DNA of 64,000 nt from Spirochaetaceae bacterium. GTDB lineage: Bacteria; Spirochaetota; Spirochaetia; DSM-2461. The position numbers and the translations under genes were made by a program. Below, in pieces: positions 49,006 to 59,506 of this stretch (position 1 is the first letter of the stretch; every line of letters begins with the position of its first letter). The DNA is taken from contig JAOPTT010000002.1 of assembly GCA_051531975.1 (NCBI GenBank), positions 377,968 through 441,967 on the forward strand, in the 5' to 3' direction. The notes under the pieces are model-generated. The model was not told the DNA's origin and ran no database searches. It saw only the letters and a list, made by a program, of their open reading frames with translations.

Positions 49006-49638
49006 TTATTTAATGAGATAAAATTCTATTTTTCTTCTGTTAAAACCTTTTCGGTACAATGATCCTAATATGAAGTCTTGAGTTTTGTTTTTTCTTTTAA
49101 GTTTATTTATACTATTAATAATTATTTTTTCTTCTATTTCGTCTGTATACAGATCGGACAGGATATCTTTAGCAATAACAGATGAGATACCTTTTTTCAT
49201 AAGTGCTGATAAAAGACCTGTATAACTATCTAGTTTTCCTGATAATCGACTTAAAACCCAGTTTGTAGCGTATTTATGATCATTTAAATAACCTTGATCC
49301 TCTAAATAATCTATAGCCTTTCTAATCCCTTCTGGATCTAGTTCTTTACTATGAAGTTTCCGTTTAAGATTGAATGTACTATATAGTTGTCTGGTTAATA
49401 GAGATAAACCTTTAATGTATGCCTCAACAAATAGAGACTCGGATTTCATTAAACTTAATAGATGAGAATCGACTTCTAAACCTTTAGCTAATTTGTTTGC
49501 TATAAAAAAGTCTACAGAAATAAAAAAAGAGGAACCATCCTCTAATAGGATTCGATATGAACCCTGGGATGTTCCTCTTTGACAAGACGTAATAGTAATG
49601 GTATTAACGTTTTGAGAATTGGAATTTTCTACGTGCAC
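49006..49638 (-). CDS. recX: RecX family regulator (start uncertain)
   Basis: [27 protein letters not shown] and LYRKGF helical repeats; nearest in-frame start is GTG 49638 inside rpsI. Confidence 0.8.
   Translation of the reverse strand: MHVENSNSQNVNTITITSCQRGTSQGSYRILLEDGSSFFISVDFFIANKLAKGLEVDSHLLSLMKSESLFVEAYIKGLSLLTRQLYSTFNLKRKLHSKELDPEGIRKAIDYLEDQGYLNDHKYATNWVLSRLSGKLDSYTGLLSALMKKGISSVIAKDILSDLYTDEIEEKIIINSINKLKRKNKTQDFILGSLYRKGFNRRKIEFYLIK
49522..49580 (-). terminator. putative rplM-rpsI terminator lying inside the recX reading frame
   Basis: AAAGAGGAACATCC...GGATGGTTCCTCTTT followed by a T run on the minus strand. Confidence 0.65.
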
Positions 49639-49996
49639 CTTTCTGCCCGAATTTCTTTCTCTCAACCATTCTAGAGTCTCTTGTTAAGAAGCCATTAGCT
49701 TTTAACTTAGCTCTATTATTTTCGTCTAATTGAAGTAAAGCTCTAGATATACCATGTCTTATTGCACCTGCTTGACCGGAGATTCCTCCACCCTTAACAT
49801 TAATAAGAATATTGTATTTACCTAATGTTTCCGTTACGTTCAATGGTAGTTCAACTTGGATAACATGCTCTTCAACTGGAAAAAACTCTTTTACGTCTTT
49901 TCCATTAACTATAATAGTACCGTTGCCTTCTCTTAAATATACTCTGGCAACAGACGTTTTTCTTCTTCCTGTTCCGTGTGCTAAATTCTTAATCAC
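49604..49996 (-). CDS. rpsI: 30S ribosomal protein S9
   Basis: [26 protein letters not shown] and QFSKR. Confidence 0.98.
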   Translation of the reverse strand: MIKNLAHGTGRRKTSVARVYLREGNGTIIVNGKDVKEFFPVEEHVIQVELPLNVTETLGKYNILINVKGGGISGQAGAIRHGISRALLQLDENNRAKLKANGFLTRDSRMVERKKFGQKGARRKFQFSKR

Positions 49997-50009
49997 AATA
50001 TACTCCCAA

Positions 50010-50438
50010 TTACACTTCTACAGCTATTGGCTGTTGTGCTACATGTGGGTGAGTCTCACCTGCATATACTTTTAAATTTCTAAAAAGCTGATTTGCTAGT
50101 GCACCACTAGATAACATACCTTTAACTGCTTTTTCCATAGGAGCTGTTGGTCTTTTAGCCATTAGCGTCTCATAGCTATAAGCTTTTAAACCACCCATAA
50201 ATCTTGAGTGCTCATAGTACATCTTATCTTTTTTCTTGTTCGCAGAAAGAGTCGCTTTATCAGCATTGATAATAATAACATAATCTCCAACAACTTGGTG
50301 TGGAGTATAACAAGCTTTATGCTTTCCTCTTAATAACGTAGCTGCTTTAACGGCAACTTTACCTAATGTAACGTCCTTGGCATCAATAATATACCAGCTT
50401 CTGTCCACTTCAGCAGGTTTTACGAATATAGTTTTCAT
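50010..50438 (-). CDS. rplM: 50S ribosomal protein L13
   Basis: WYIIDA, LRGKHK, AVKGML and HPHVAQQP. Confidence 0.98.
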   Translation of the reverse strand: MKTIFVKPAEVDRSWYIIDAKDVTLGKVAVKAATLLRGKHKACYTPHQVVGDYVIIINADKATLSANKKKDKMYYEHSRFMGGLKAYSYETLMAKRPTAPMEKAVKGMLSSGALANQLFRNLKVYAGETHPHVAQQPIAVEV

Positions 50439-50523
50439 TTTCTCTACCTTAATCTCAATCTTAATATAATTATAACTTGTAACGGGTGGTGAATAATCCC
50501 ATGAATGTAAATTAATGTCAACA

Positions 50524-50823
50524 TTAAAACTTTCTGATCCTTAATAAAAATAACAACATTCCAGTACCAAAAAATATAAATGGTAAAGTACCAAATACAA
50601 ATGGTAAAATTTCTATATCTCCGTACTGTAAAGACTTATATAATACGAGACCAAAAGATTCTAAAATTTCTAAAAGAGTCTCTAGATATAAAAAGATAAC
50701 ACCTAGAACCATTGTTAACCACGCAACGTCTCTGGTTTTAGACCACAATAAAAGTGATATAATTGTTGCTAAAAAACCAATAACTAATTTTATAGCTATT
50801 ATGACTACTACCTGGTTGGACAT
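50524..50823 (-). CDS. small 3-TM membrane protein
   Basis: Three hydrophobic helices, LWSKTRDVAW, RBS present, operonic position. Confidence 0.7.
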   Translation of the reverse strand: MSNQVVVIIAIKLVIGFLATIISLLLWSKTRDVAWLTMVLGVIFLYLETLLEILESFGLVLYKSLQYGDIEILPFVFGTLPFIFFGTGMLLFLLRIRKF

Positions 50824-50834
50824 AAGGTCTCCTT

Positions 50835-51560
50835 CTATTTTAAAAAATCTAATATTTTATTCTGTTCGCCTCTAGAAAAGTCAGGGGCTAATATAGCAAC
50901 CTGAGAACTGCTATTTAACATTATACCCTCTTTATTACCTTTAGCACACAACTCAAAATACTCTTTAGGATCTCTTTTTAATATAAGATATGGGGGTAAA
51001 AGTTCTGTATTTTGTATACTTTTAAAACTATTATAATTAGACCTATCAAACTTCTTATACTCTAAATCGTAGTCATATAAAGACCTTAATATACCGGATA
51101 ACAGTACTGGTGATATACTATCTGATTCTAGAGTGTGTTGTTTCTTACTAACCAAAACCGATGCTGTATTCAGACCTGGTAGAGGATATAAAACTACAAT
51201 ATTCTCTGAATTTGGTATATTTAGAAATGGTCTCCAAAATGCAAGTTTAACATCAAAACAATTTGAGTATAATGGGTCTAAAATTTCAGAATCAAAATAA
51301 GTACTTATTTTATCTTGGTAATTTACAATTGTAACATGTGGATGATCTGGAAATCTAATACTTAAATCTTTAATAAGTCTTTTAAGATAGATATTATCGT
51401 AGGGAGCATATAGTCCACGCTCTATTACATTTTTAATAGCTAAAGAAAGACCATTAGGTCTATGCCCTAAAACAGCTCGACCTTGGTCCATTGATAGATC
51501 TAAAATCTTATCTCCATCAGTTGTATATAATCTATGCCCACGGGCTCTTTTAATTATCAT
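50835..51560 (-). CDS. degenerate class-III PLP aminotransferase-like protein
   Basis: IKRARGHRLYTTDGDKILDL...VLGH N-terminus but only 241 aa. Confidence 0.6.
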   Translation of the reverse strand: MIIKRARGHRLYTTDGDKILDLSMDQGRAVLGHRPNGLSLAIKNVIERGLYAPYDNIYLKRLIKDLSIRFPDHPHVTIVNYQDKISTYFDSEILDPLYSNCFDVKLAFWRPFLNIPNSENIVVLYPLPGLNTASVLVSKKQHTLESDSISPVLLSGILRSLYDYDLEYKKFDRSNYNSFKSIQNTELLPPYLILKRDPKEYFELCAKGNKEGIMLNSSSQVAILAPDFSRGEQNKILDFLK

Positions 51561-51572
51561 GCGAATAAATCC

Positions 51573-53639
51573 TTAATATCTTGCCATTTTTTCTAAGGCA
51601 GAAAATTCTGGAATAAATTGTTTAACTTGACCAGTTTCAAACTTTACAAGTACAAGATTATGTTTACCGTTATCTGTTACCTTAATAATGTATCCAGAAC
51701 CATAATCATCGTGGTATACGTTATCTCCCCGGTTAAAACCAGATTCAACAACAGCTTTAGGAGCTTCTTCTCCAACCACGAACTCATTTGGGATCTCTTT
51801 TAAAAATATAGAAGGAGTACTACTCATCATCTTACCGTGAATAACTCGGCGGCTGCAGCTAGTAAAACAAAGATGTTTTCTGGCTCGAGTTATACTAACA
51901 TAAAACAGCCTTCTTTCTTCTTCTAGTTCATCTAGATCCTCTAACTTTTCATTTCTAGGGAATAGACCATTTTCCATTCCTGTAATAAAAACTCTGTCGA
52001 ATTCAAGACCTTTTGTATTATGCATAGTAATTAATGTTACTTTAGGTCTATTGTCATCTTCTTCTGTATCCAATGATGATTGGTCAAGTTCTATAGATTC
52101 TAAAAAGTCTACTAAAGCAGTGTCTCCTGAATATTTACTAGCGGAATTTATTAGTTCCTCTAAGTTGTCAACTTTACCTGATCCAATATTTGCATCTTGA
52201 GTTCTGTGATACTCTAAAAGACCACTATCTTCCACTACTTTCCTAACAAAGTGACCTAGATCCACAGTATAATCTAAGGCTTCTAATTCCTGTATAAAAG
52301 TATAAAAAGAGTCAGCACCTTTTTTGGCTTTTCCTTTTAATATTGCACTATTTGCAAGTGTAATCATGTAGTCGTTATCGTAATTACTAGCAATTCCTAT
52401 TATCTTTTCAACTGAAGCTTTTCCAATACCTCTAGCAGGTTTATTAATTATTCTTCTAAATGCAATCTCATCTCGGTAGTTTAATATAAAAGAGAGAATT
52501 GCTAATGTATCTTTAATTTCTTCACGTTCATAGAATCTTAAAGTACCAACAATTTTATATGCAATATTACTTCTAATAAGTGTAGATTCTAATTGTCTAG
52601 ATTGAGCATTGGTTCTATATAAAATAGCACACTCATCTAAATCCTCTACATCTTGTAAAAGACCAGCAATATAAAGAGCTTCGGCTTCACCGTTTTCTAA
52701 ATATTTTATTGTAGGTTTCTCTCCTGCACCTTTACTAGTCCATAAAGTTTTACCTAATCTATTTATATTATTTTCAACAACAGCAGAGGCTATAGCTAAA
52801 ATATTACCTGTACTTCTATAATTCTCTTCTAGTTTTATTACTTCTGTACCTTTAAATATCTTGTCAAATTCTAATATATTTTTAACTTCGGCACCACGGA
52901 ATTTGTAGATTGATTGGTCGTCATCCCCAACTACACATACCCATGTATCTGGACCAGCTAGATTTTTTAATAGTTGAAACTGAGCACCATTTGAATCCTG
53001 ATACTCGTCAACTAATATAACTTTAAACCTTTTTTGGAATCTATCTCTAACTTCTTGGTTATTTTGTAAAAGCTGATTTGGAAGAGATATTAAATCACCA
53101 AAATCTACATTTCCTATCTCTTTAATTCTTTCCTGATATTTAAAATATATTTCAGAAAACTCTGGATGGCTATTTATATGTACAAGGTTATCATCTGAGG
53201 TCAAATTATCATCTTTACATCTAGAAATATCTCTAGCAAATTGTTTTAATTCACTACGAGTTGCACCGGGAATAAGACTTTTTAACAGAGCATTTACATC
53301 GTCGTCATCGTAAATAGTGAAAGATGACCTTAGGCCTAAAGATTCACCATTTCGACGTAACATCCAAGCACCAAAAGAGTGAAAGGTTTTAATCATGACA
53401 TTTTCGCCACCACCAACCATTGAGAGAACTCGATCCCTCATCTCTCCAGCTGCTTTATTGGTAAATGTTACAGCTAATATTGAATATGGGCTAAAACCCA
53501 ATTTATCTATTAAATAAGCAATTCTAGTAGTAATTACCCTAGTTTTTCCTGAACCAGCTCCAGCTAAAAGCAGTAGTGGTCCACCATTATATGTAACAGC
53601 TTTTAATTGCTGATCGTTTAATCCGTCTAAATAGTCCAT
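51573..53639 (-). CDS. UvrD/PcrA DNA helicase
   Basis: AGAGSGKT, VDEYQD, VGDDDQSIY, ENYRST and EERRLFYV motifs. Confidence 0.96.
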   Translation of the reverse strand: MDYLDGLNDQQLKAVTYNGGPLLLLAGAGSGKTRVITTRIAYLIDKLGFSPYSILAVTFTNKAAGEMRDRVLSMVGGGENVMIKTFHSFGAWMLRRNGESLGLRSSFTIYDDDDVNALLKSLIPGATRSELKQFARDISRCKDDNLTSDDNLVHINSHPEFSEIYFKYQERIKEIGNVDFGDLISLPNQLLQNNQEVRDRFQKRFKVILVDEYQDSNGAQFQLLKNLAGPDTWVCVVGDDDQSIYKFRGAEVKNILEFDKIFKGTEVIKLEENYRSTGNILAIASAVVENNINRLGKTLWTSKGAGEKPTIKYLENGEAEALYIAGLLQDVEDLDECAILYRTNAQSRQLESTLIRSNIAYKIVGTLRFYEREEIKDTLAILSFILNYRDEIAFRRIINKPARGIGKASVEKIIGIASNYDNDYMITLANSAILKGKAKKGADSFYTFIQELEALDYTVDLGHFVRKVVEDSGLLEYHRTQDANIGSGKVDNLEELINSASKYSGDTALVDFLESIELDQSSLDTEEDDNRPKVTLITMHNTKGLEFDRVFITGMENGLFPRNEKLEDLDELEEERRLFYVSITRARKHLCFTSCSRRVIHGKMMSSTPSIFLKEIPNEFVVGEEAPKAVVESGFNRGDNVYHDDYGSGYIIKVTDNGKHNLVLVKFETGQVKQFIPEFSALEKMARY

Positions 53640-54985
53640 TAGTCTACTACTTGAGCTATAAGATCCACTGATGCAACACTTAAAACTTTAACTTTAACTA
53701 CATCACCCTCTTTTAGATCTTCCCCTTTAACAACAACTAATCCATCAACTTCAGGAGCATCGATATAACCACGACCTATAAAAAGGTTCTCCTCTTTAAC
53801 ATCTTCTTCTATTAAGACATCGATCTCTTGACCAACCCAATCTTGAAGTCTTTTAGGTGTGATTTCTGATTGTATATCTTCTAATAATTCTTTACGTTTA
53901 TTTGCAACTTTTTTACTAACTGCATCCATAAAAGAACCACGCATGTCATAACTTTTAGTATCCTCTTCTCTGGAATATATAAAAAAACCAACCCAGTCAA
54001 GTTTTGCTTCAATTAAGAACTCTTTAACTTCTTGGAATTCTTTTTTCCCTTCACCTGGATGTCCAAGCATTATGGTTGATCTAATAATAGATGTAGGAAG
54101 CTCGTGTCTAATACGATTTACAATATCTAGATGTTTCTGATATGAACCGTTTCTTCCCATTAGTTTAAGAACTTTTTCACTAGCGTGCTGAAAAGGTATA
54201 TCAAAATAAGGAAGTATTCTTGGATCTCTTTTACATATTTCCAATAGCTGTACAGGGAATTTATCTGGGTGAATATATAACAGACGTATCCAAAATTTTC
54301 CTTCTAATAGACTTAACTTTTTTAGAAGATCTAGAAGAATTTTATCTCCTAAATCTTCTCCCCATGCTGCAAGGTCTTGAGCAATTAGATTAATTTCAAA
54401 AAAACCATTATCTAATAAACCCACAATTTCAGAATATACATCGTCTAAAGTTCTACTTTTTATAGGACCACGAATAATTGGAATAGCACAGTAGTTACAG
54501 TTGTTATTACAACCTTCTGCAACTTTAACAAACACAGATCCTTTAAAGTTAAAAACTGTATCTCTTTTTAATTGGGTAAAGTCATCATCTCTTTTAAGAG
54601 CAGGAACATCTCCCTTCATAACCGAATCAACTATTTCACCAATTTGTGAAGGAGATTGACTTCCGTAAAACCCATCTGCATCAGGGAATAATTCTTTAAT
54701 CGTTTCAAAATATCTCTGGGCGAAACATCCTGCAATTATTATTTTTTTATTAGGATAAGTTTCTCTAAAATCTAAAAAAGTTTTTATTGATTGCTCTTTT
54801 GCAGACTTTATAAACCCACAGGTATTAACAATAATAAAATCAGCCTCAGTCGCATCTTTTGTAAAACTATGGTCGTATGACTCTACAGAAGCCAACATAG
54901 ATTCTGAATCAACCTGATTTTTTGAACACCCTAAGGTCTCTATGTAAAATTTAATATGCTGTTGCGTACTCAAGTCTGTATTCAT
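53639..54985 (-). CDS. rimO: ribosomal protein S12 methylthiotransferase
   Basis: LGCSKNQVDSE, NTCGFI, CxxxCxxC, DAPEVDG and a TRAM domain. Confidence 0.94.
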   Translation of the reverse strand: MNTDLSTQQHIKFYIETLGCSKNQVDSESMLASVESYDHSFTKDATEADFIIVNTCGFIKSAKEQSIKTFLDFRETYPNKKIIIAGCFAQRYFETIKELFPDADGFYGSQSPSQIGEIVDSVMKGDVPALKRDDDFTQLKRDTVFNFKGSVFVKVAEGCNNNCNYCAIPIIRGPIKSRTLDDVYSEIVGLLDNGFFEINLIAQDLAAWGEDLGDKILLDLLKKLSLLEGKFWIRLLYIHPDKFPVQLLEICKRDPRILPYFDIPFQHASEKVLKLMGRNGSYQKHLDIVNRIRHELPTSIIRSTIMLGHPGEGKKEFQEVKEFLIEAKLDWVGFFIYSREEDTKSYDMRGSFMDAVSKKVANKRKELLEDIQSEITPKRLQDWVGQEIDVLIEEDVKEENLFIGRGYIDAPEVDGLVVVKGEDLKEGDVVKVKVLSVASVDLIAQVVD

Positions 54986-56045
54986 CCTTATCTGAATTAT
55001 ATAACCATCTTAAAGTAAAAACATGAACTTCTCCAGTTCTACCTAAAACCAAACCTTCACCGTTCCATTTAAACTTAGTTAAACCAGCATTACTAGTCCA
55101 GATCTTAACACTTCTAGTAACATCTAAATTTAATGAACTATTCTTCTGATAAAAGTTCTCTATTAATTCTTGGCCTTTCATTTGATATTTAAATAGTATA
55201 TCACCTTCAAACTTTATTGAAATGGTATAAGGGTCTGTTGATCTCTTTTTTACCATTAATATTTTGCTATCTTTAGTTACAGATTGATCTGTATATGTAG
55301 GTGTATCACCTTCTGTAAAAATAACATCATCTTTTATATCACTTTTAATTTTGATAATTGCTGAATTATCAGAAAAGCCACCAATATCTTTTAAAAAGAG
55401 CGTAATATCATATTTTTTACTGTTTTGTGAAAACTGTGTTATAACCTCGTTTCCTAACTTAAGAGTTATATCATTCTGGTTTCCTTTAAAGTTTTCAGTC
55501 ACAATCATATCTGAAGATATTTCTCTAATGAGATAGGTAAGCTTGTCTTCACCAATAAGCATAGTAAAAGAGTCTCCTTCTTTTACTTTCTTACCAATAT
55601 ATTCCTGATCTATTGTAAATATTTTAGTTTTATCTTCACCGGCTATTCTAAGTGCTTCTTTACGTTTTTCAATTTGATTTCCAACAGTTTTTACTAGAGG
55701 AGGAATACCAAATCCTAAAACAAGTAGAAGGATAGGAACTATAATCATCCACGCTCTTAGTTCAAAAGTCTTTTGCACACCCATTAATTCAGATAATGGG
55801 GTTGGTTCTTCTCTTAGTAGACAGTTCTGATATTCCCCATAGACAACATCGTACTCTAATCCCAGAAATTCAGAATAATTTCTTAAAAAACCTAAAAGAT
55901 AGGCCTGAGCAGGAAATACATCAAATTCTTCTTCTTCTAAAGCTTCAATATACTTTCTCGAGATATTAGTTTCATAAGCTACCTGGCTTATTGTAAAACC
56001 TTTCTCTTCTCTCTGCTTTATTAAGACATCGCTTAACGAACGCAT
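54951..56045 (-). CDS. rodZ: RodZ-like HTH membrane protein
   Basis: YIEALEEEEFDVFP..YLLGFLRNYSEFLGL followed by a single TM. Confidence 0.8.
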   Translation of the reverse strand: MRSLSDVLIKQREEKGFTISQVAYETNISRKYIEALEEEEFDVFPAQAYLLGFLRNYSEFLGLEYDVVYGEYQNCLLREEPTPLSELMGVQKTFELRAWMIIVPILLLVLGFGIPPLVKTVGNQIEKRKEALRIAGEDKTKIFTIDQEYIGKKVKEGDSFTMLIGEDKLTYLIREISSDMIVTENFKGNQNDITLKLGNEVITQFSQNSKKYDITLFLKDIGGFSDNSAIIKIKSDIKDDVIFTEGDTPTYTDQSVTKDSKILMVKKRSTDPYTISIKFEGDILFKYQMKGQELIENFYQKNSSLNLDVTRSVKIWTSNAGLTKFKWNGEGLVLGRTGEVHVFTLRWLYNSDKDEYRLEYATAY

Positions 56046-56047
56046 AA

Positions 56048-56734
56048 TTATTCCTCTTCCTTTGTAAATAAGAAATCTGGTAAAGTTGTTGCTGTTGGAG
56101 GTGCTTCATAATCAAAATGAGTAGGACTAATATTTGCATCTACATCAATATCTACAATATCAAAAATAATTATCTCTTCTGTTTGCGTAGTAGATTCTAA
56201 TCGTCTAATATAACCTTCGGTTGTTATAGACATAATTATATTTGAAAAAGGTTCTGAATATTTACGGGGAATTAATCTTAATTTATATACATCCTCTGGA
56301 TTCTCTTCGTCTAAGACTTCTAAATCTGGAGAGTTTACATAACTAATACTGTAGTTTGTATTAAATAGAGCTAGACCCTGAGCAGTTAACCCGGTAGTTT
56401 CTAATGCTAAAGCTTCTTCCTCAGAGTTTATAGTTTGCTCAAATAGTGTGGCATGACGTGGAATATAAATTGATAACTTACGAGAGTTCACGTTAATGAC
56501 TTGTTTTTCTGGTTTTGTATAATCAAGTCTAAGTAAGTTTGGACTCATGTATGACATAACACCTTCTTCTATTATATTCCCACGAACTCCACTAGTTATT
56601 TTAAAATTAGCAGTATAGGATTCTATCTCTGCATAAGTATTAGAAATGCTCTTAAAATAATCACTAGCGGTCTGCTGACTAAATATAAATATTGGTGTTA
56701 ATAGTAGTAATAATAGTAAAGATTTTTTCTTCAA
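56048..56734 (-). CDS. lolA: LolA family lipoprotein carrier
   Basis: Signal peptide, PNLLRLDYTKPEKQVI and FDYEAP; upstream of rodZ-rimO. Confidence 0.8.
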   Translation of the reverse strand: MKKKSLLLLLLLTPIFIFSQQTASDYFKSISNTYAEIESYTANFKITSGVRGNIIEEGVMSYMSPNLLRLDYTKPEKQVINVNSRKLSIYIPRHATLFEQTINSEEEALALETTGLTAQGLALFNTNYSISYVNSPDLEVLDEENPEDVYKLRLIPRKYSEPFSNIIMSITTEGYIRRLESTTQTEEIIIFDIVDIDVDANISPTHFDYEAPPTATTLPDFLFTKEEE

Positions 56735-56887
56735 TGTTATGTTGCTCCATTATGTATTTATAACTGTAATATTAAACTTTATATACTACCCGATGTCAAG
56801 CAAACTAGCTCTGCTACCCCCTATTGCTTTGACTTACTGGGGGAAATAACATAAAATACATAAGTTTATTTTTTTTAGGGAGTAAAA

Positions 56888-57577
56888 ATGGATAATATTC
56901 AAATTTTAGACCTTGGTGGCTCAATAGTAGCTCCAGACCACATTGATACAAATTTCATTAAAGAGTTTAAAGACTTTTTAGTAAATTGGTTAGAAGCTGA
57001 TCAGTCAAGAAAAGCTATACTTATTATTGGTGGTGGAGGCGCTGCAAGAAAATACCAAAGTGCCTACAGAGAGATAGATAAAAGTCCAATACATGAAGAA
57101 GAAGATTGGATTGGAATCGCTGCAACTAGACTTAATGGTCAGTTATTAAAAGGTGTATTTAGAGATTATTGTAAAGATGAATTAATAATAGACCCAGAGA
57201 ACCAAGGAGAATTTAAAGGCAGAGTTATGGTAGCTGCTGGATGGAAGCCTGGTTTTTCTACAGACTATGACTCAGTTATACTGGCAAAAAGATTTGGTGC
57301 AAAAACAGTATTAAGTCTGTCTAATATTGCAAAAATATATACTGATGATCCTAAAACTAACCCAGATGCAGAACCTGTAGATAGTATGTCTTGGGATGAA
57401 TATAAAAAACTATGTGGGGATGAATGGACTCCAGGTAAAAATATCCCTTTTGATCCTGTTGCAACAAAACTTGCTGCAGAATTAGGATTAACAGTAAAAG
57501 CTGCTGCTGGGAAAGACCTATTAAACTTGCAAAAGATATTTAATGGTGAAGACTTTTTTGGTACAACTATCTCTTAA
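56888..57577 (+). CDS. pyrH: UMP kinase, archaeal type
   Basis: LGGSI, GGGGAARKY, IGIAATRLN, GWKPGFSTD and PFDPVA motifs. Confidence 0.9.
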   Translation: MDNIQILDLGGSIVAPDHIDTNFIKEFKDFLVNWLEADQSRKAILIIGGGGAARKYQSAYREIDKSPIHEEEDWIGIAATRLNGQLLKGVFRDYCKDELIIDPENQGEFKGRVMVAAGWKPGFSTDYDSVILAKRFGAKTVLSLSNIAKIYTDDPKTNPDAEPVDSMSWDEYKKLCGDEWTPGKNIPFDPVATKLAAELGLTVKAAAGKDLLNLQKIFNGEDFFGTTIS

Positions 57578-57579
57578 TT

Positions 57580-58497
57580 CTATAAACTATTAAAAAAGTT
57601 ATCTATACCACTCCATATTGGACCTACTGTAGTTTTGTAGATAAACATGGAGTGGTTACTATGTTTCCACTTATTAAGATTAAATACTCTTGTCTGAATG
57701 TTGTTACTTGATATTCTTCTACTTATATACTCCATATTTTTAAATGGAACAGTTTTATCCTCTTTTGCATGGGAGAGATAACAAGGGACTGTTATTTTCT
57801 TCAGATCCCTCTTTACACCCTTAAAACCAACTATTAAACTAAAAATCTGTTTTGGGAAATGTCCATAATAACCGACCCATTCTGTTTCTCCATCCTCATC
57901 TAAAGACTTGTCTTTTATCGGTTTTTTTGGTGGAATATAATCTTTAAAGAATTTAATAGTTCTAATAAAAAATAATTTTGGATTTCTAATATATACAGGA
58001 GCAGCAACTGTAGCAATTGCTGTAGGTTTTAATACTTCGTCTGCTGAGAAGAGTTCTGCCAATTTTAATGTCATAGCACCACCCATTGAGTTGCCTATTA
58101 TATAAAACTGATCATAACTCTTTCGTTTATCTATATAGTAGTTTTTTAGATAATTAAACCACATAGAAAAATTAGTTAAAATAAAATCATCATGGCAGGA
58201 ACAAAATCCAGGGATTTTAGGACAAAAGACATCGTAACCAGCTTCTAGTGCTAATTCTCGAACCATATAGAACATTTTAGGAGAACCAGGGAAACCATGT
58301 ATAAAAAGAATTGCTCTGTTATTACCATCAGATCGTTCAAATGGTTCCCCACCTTTTAGTGGTTTTGAAAAATTAATATGGCTATAATTTGAATCTTCTT
58401 TGAAAAATAGAGAACTGTTATTATATATAATAAATGCCAATATAAGTAAAATCAATATATACATACAAGCTCTATACTCCATCATTTTAACCAGCAT
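57580..58497 (-). CDS. alpha/beta hydrolase (carboxylesterase-like) with N-terminal anchor; start uncertain
   Basis: IHGFPGSP, GNSMGG nucleophile elbow, EDKTV and SNH. Confidence 0.85.
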   Translation of the reverse strand: MLVKMMEYRACMYILILLILAFIIYNNSSLFFKEDSNYSHINFSKPLKGGEPFERSDGNNRAILFIHGFPGSPKMFYMVRELALEAGYDVFCPKIPGFCSCHDDFILTNFSMWFNYLKNYYIDKRKSYDQFYIIGNSMGGAMTLKLAELFSADEVLKPTAIATVAAPVYIRNPKLFFIRTIKFFKDYIPPKKPIKDKSLDEDGETEWVGYYGHFPKQIFSLIVGFKGVKRDLKKITVPCYLSHAKEDKTVPFKNMEYISRRISSNNIQTRVFNLNKWKHSNHSMFIYKTTVGPIWSGIDNFFNSL

Positions 58498-58540
58498 TGA
58501 TTGACAAAACAGTCCCTAAAGGATAATCTTTATCTCACTT

Positions 58541-58622
58541 GCCAGTGTGGTGAAATTGGTAGACACAGTAGATTCAAAATCTACCGCCCTCGGGTGTACC
58601 GGTTCAAGTCCGGTCACTGGTA
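58541..58622 (+). tRNA. tRNA-Leu(CAA), CCA not encoded
   Basis: Acceptor GCCAGTG/CACTGGT, anticodon arm GTAGA-TTCAAAA-TCTAC, long variable arm, GGTTCAAGTCC T-arm; TTGACA promoter at 58501. Confidence 0.95.
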
Positions 58623-58638
58623 TTTTTTTTCTTTAATT

Positions 58639-59451
58639 TTAATCGTATGTTATTACAAAACAGCAAAATGGTGCGTTATATATCTCACCTTTCTTAAAAA
58701 CTACTTGGTTTTCAAAGTAAAAATCATTAATTACTCTAACTCCAACAAAGGCAGATCCTGGGATCTCTGGATCTGAAACATCTGAATATTCAGCAATTAT
58801 CTGATCTCCATGATACAGGCTTTTACCTCTGAATTTTAGATTTTGATCATAGTAGTAATTTTCTATAACAGACTCTATTCTTGTGCTACAGCAGATCTCC
58901 TCAACTTTAGTAGAAACAGATCTTTTTAAGGAGATATAACCATCTATTACACCTCGAACAAAGTGACACTCATGACCCATAGCAAATGCTTTAAAAAATG
59001 GATATGGTCGCATTAGTACCTTTAGTGATGTATTTTTAGATCCATGCACCTCATTAGTATATTCGTGATGATATTTAGCAGACTCTTTTGCTATATTATT
59101 ACAAACATATCTTACTGATAAAGATCTAATAAACATTGATTCAACAATACTACTTCTAGCTGGAAGTTTTGCTCCATCAATATATTGTCCAAAATGTGGT
59201 TCTCTTTTTGGTAGGTATTTTAAGAAGTTTTTGTCAAATAGTTGAACTTGATATGGGTTTAGCCAACTCTCCTTAGCTTCAAATTCAGCTAAAGTATATG
59301 GTAAGCCTTCTAATATTTTTTCTGGGTCTAACCCTAGTTCTCTGTATCTATCTATTTTTGAGAGCTGAGCAATGCTACATCTAGCTGGAATTAGCTCGAT
59401 CTCATCTCGCTCAAGATCTTCGTAGAATACACTTTCAGTCCAATGTCTCAT
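58639..59451 (-). CDS. hypothetical protein, possibly a V4R/H-NOX-like stand-alone sensor domain
   Basis: 270-aa ORF with ECHFVRG, EEICC and YNAPFCCFVITY segments. Confidence 0.55.
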   Translation of the reverse strand: MRHWTESVFYEDLERDEIELIPARCSIAQLSKIDRYRELGLDPEKILEGLPYTLAEFEAKESWLNPYQVQLFDKNFLKYLPKREPHFGQYIDGAKLPARSSIVESMFIRSLSVRYVCNNIAKESAKYHHEYTNEVHGSKNTSLKVLMRPYPFFKAFAMGHECHFVRGVIDGYISLKRSVSTKVEEICCSTRIESVIENYYYDQNLKFRGKSLYHGDQIIAEYSDVSDPEIPGSAFVGVRVINDFYFENQVVFKKGEIYNAPFCCFVITYD

Positions 59452-59506
59452 ACCTTTATAATATATCTATTTGACTTACTAAATAAACCCTCTTATGCTT
59501 TTATTT

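Noticed and set aside
58541..58640. tRNA-Leu as an integration site
   Set aside because: No integrase and no duplicated tRNA 3' end seen in the window
58501..58776. 91-aa plus-strand ORF
   Set aside because: Overlaps tRNA-Leu and its promoter
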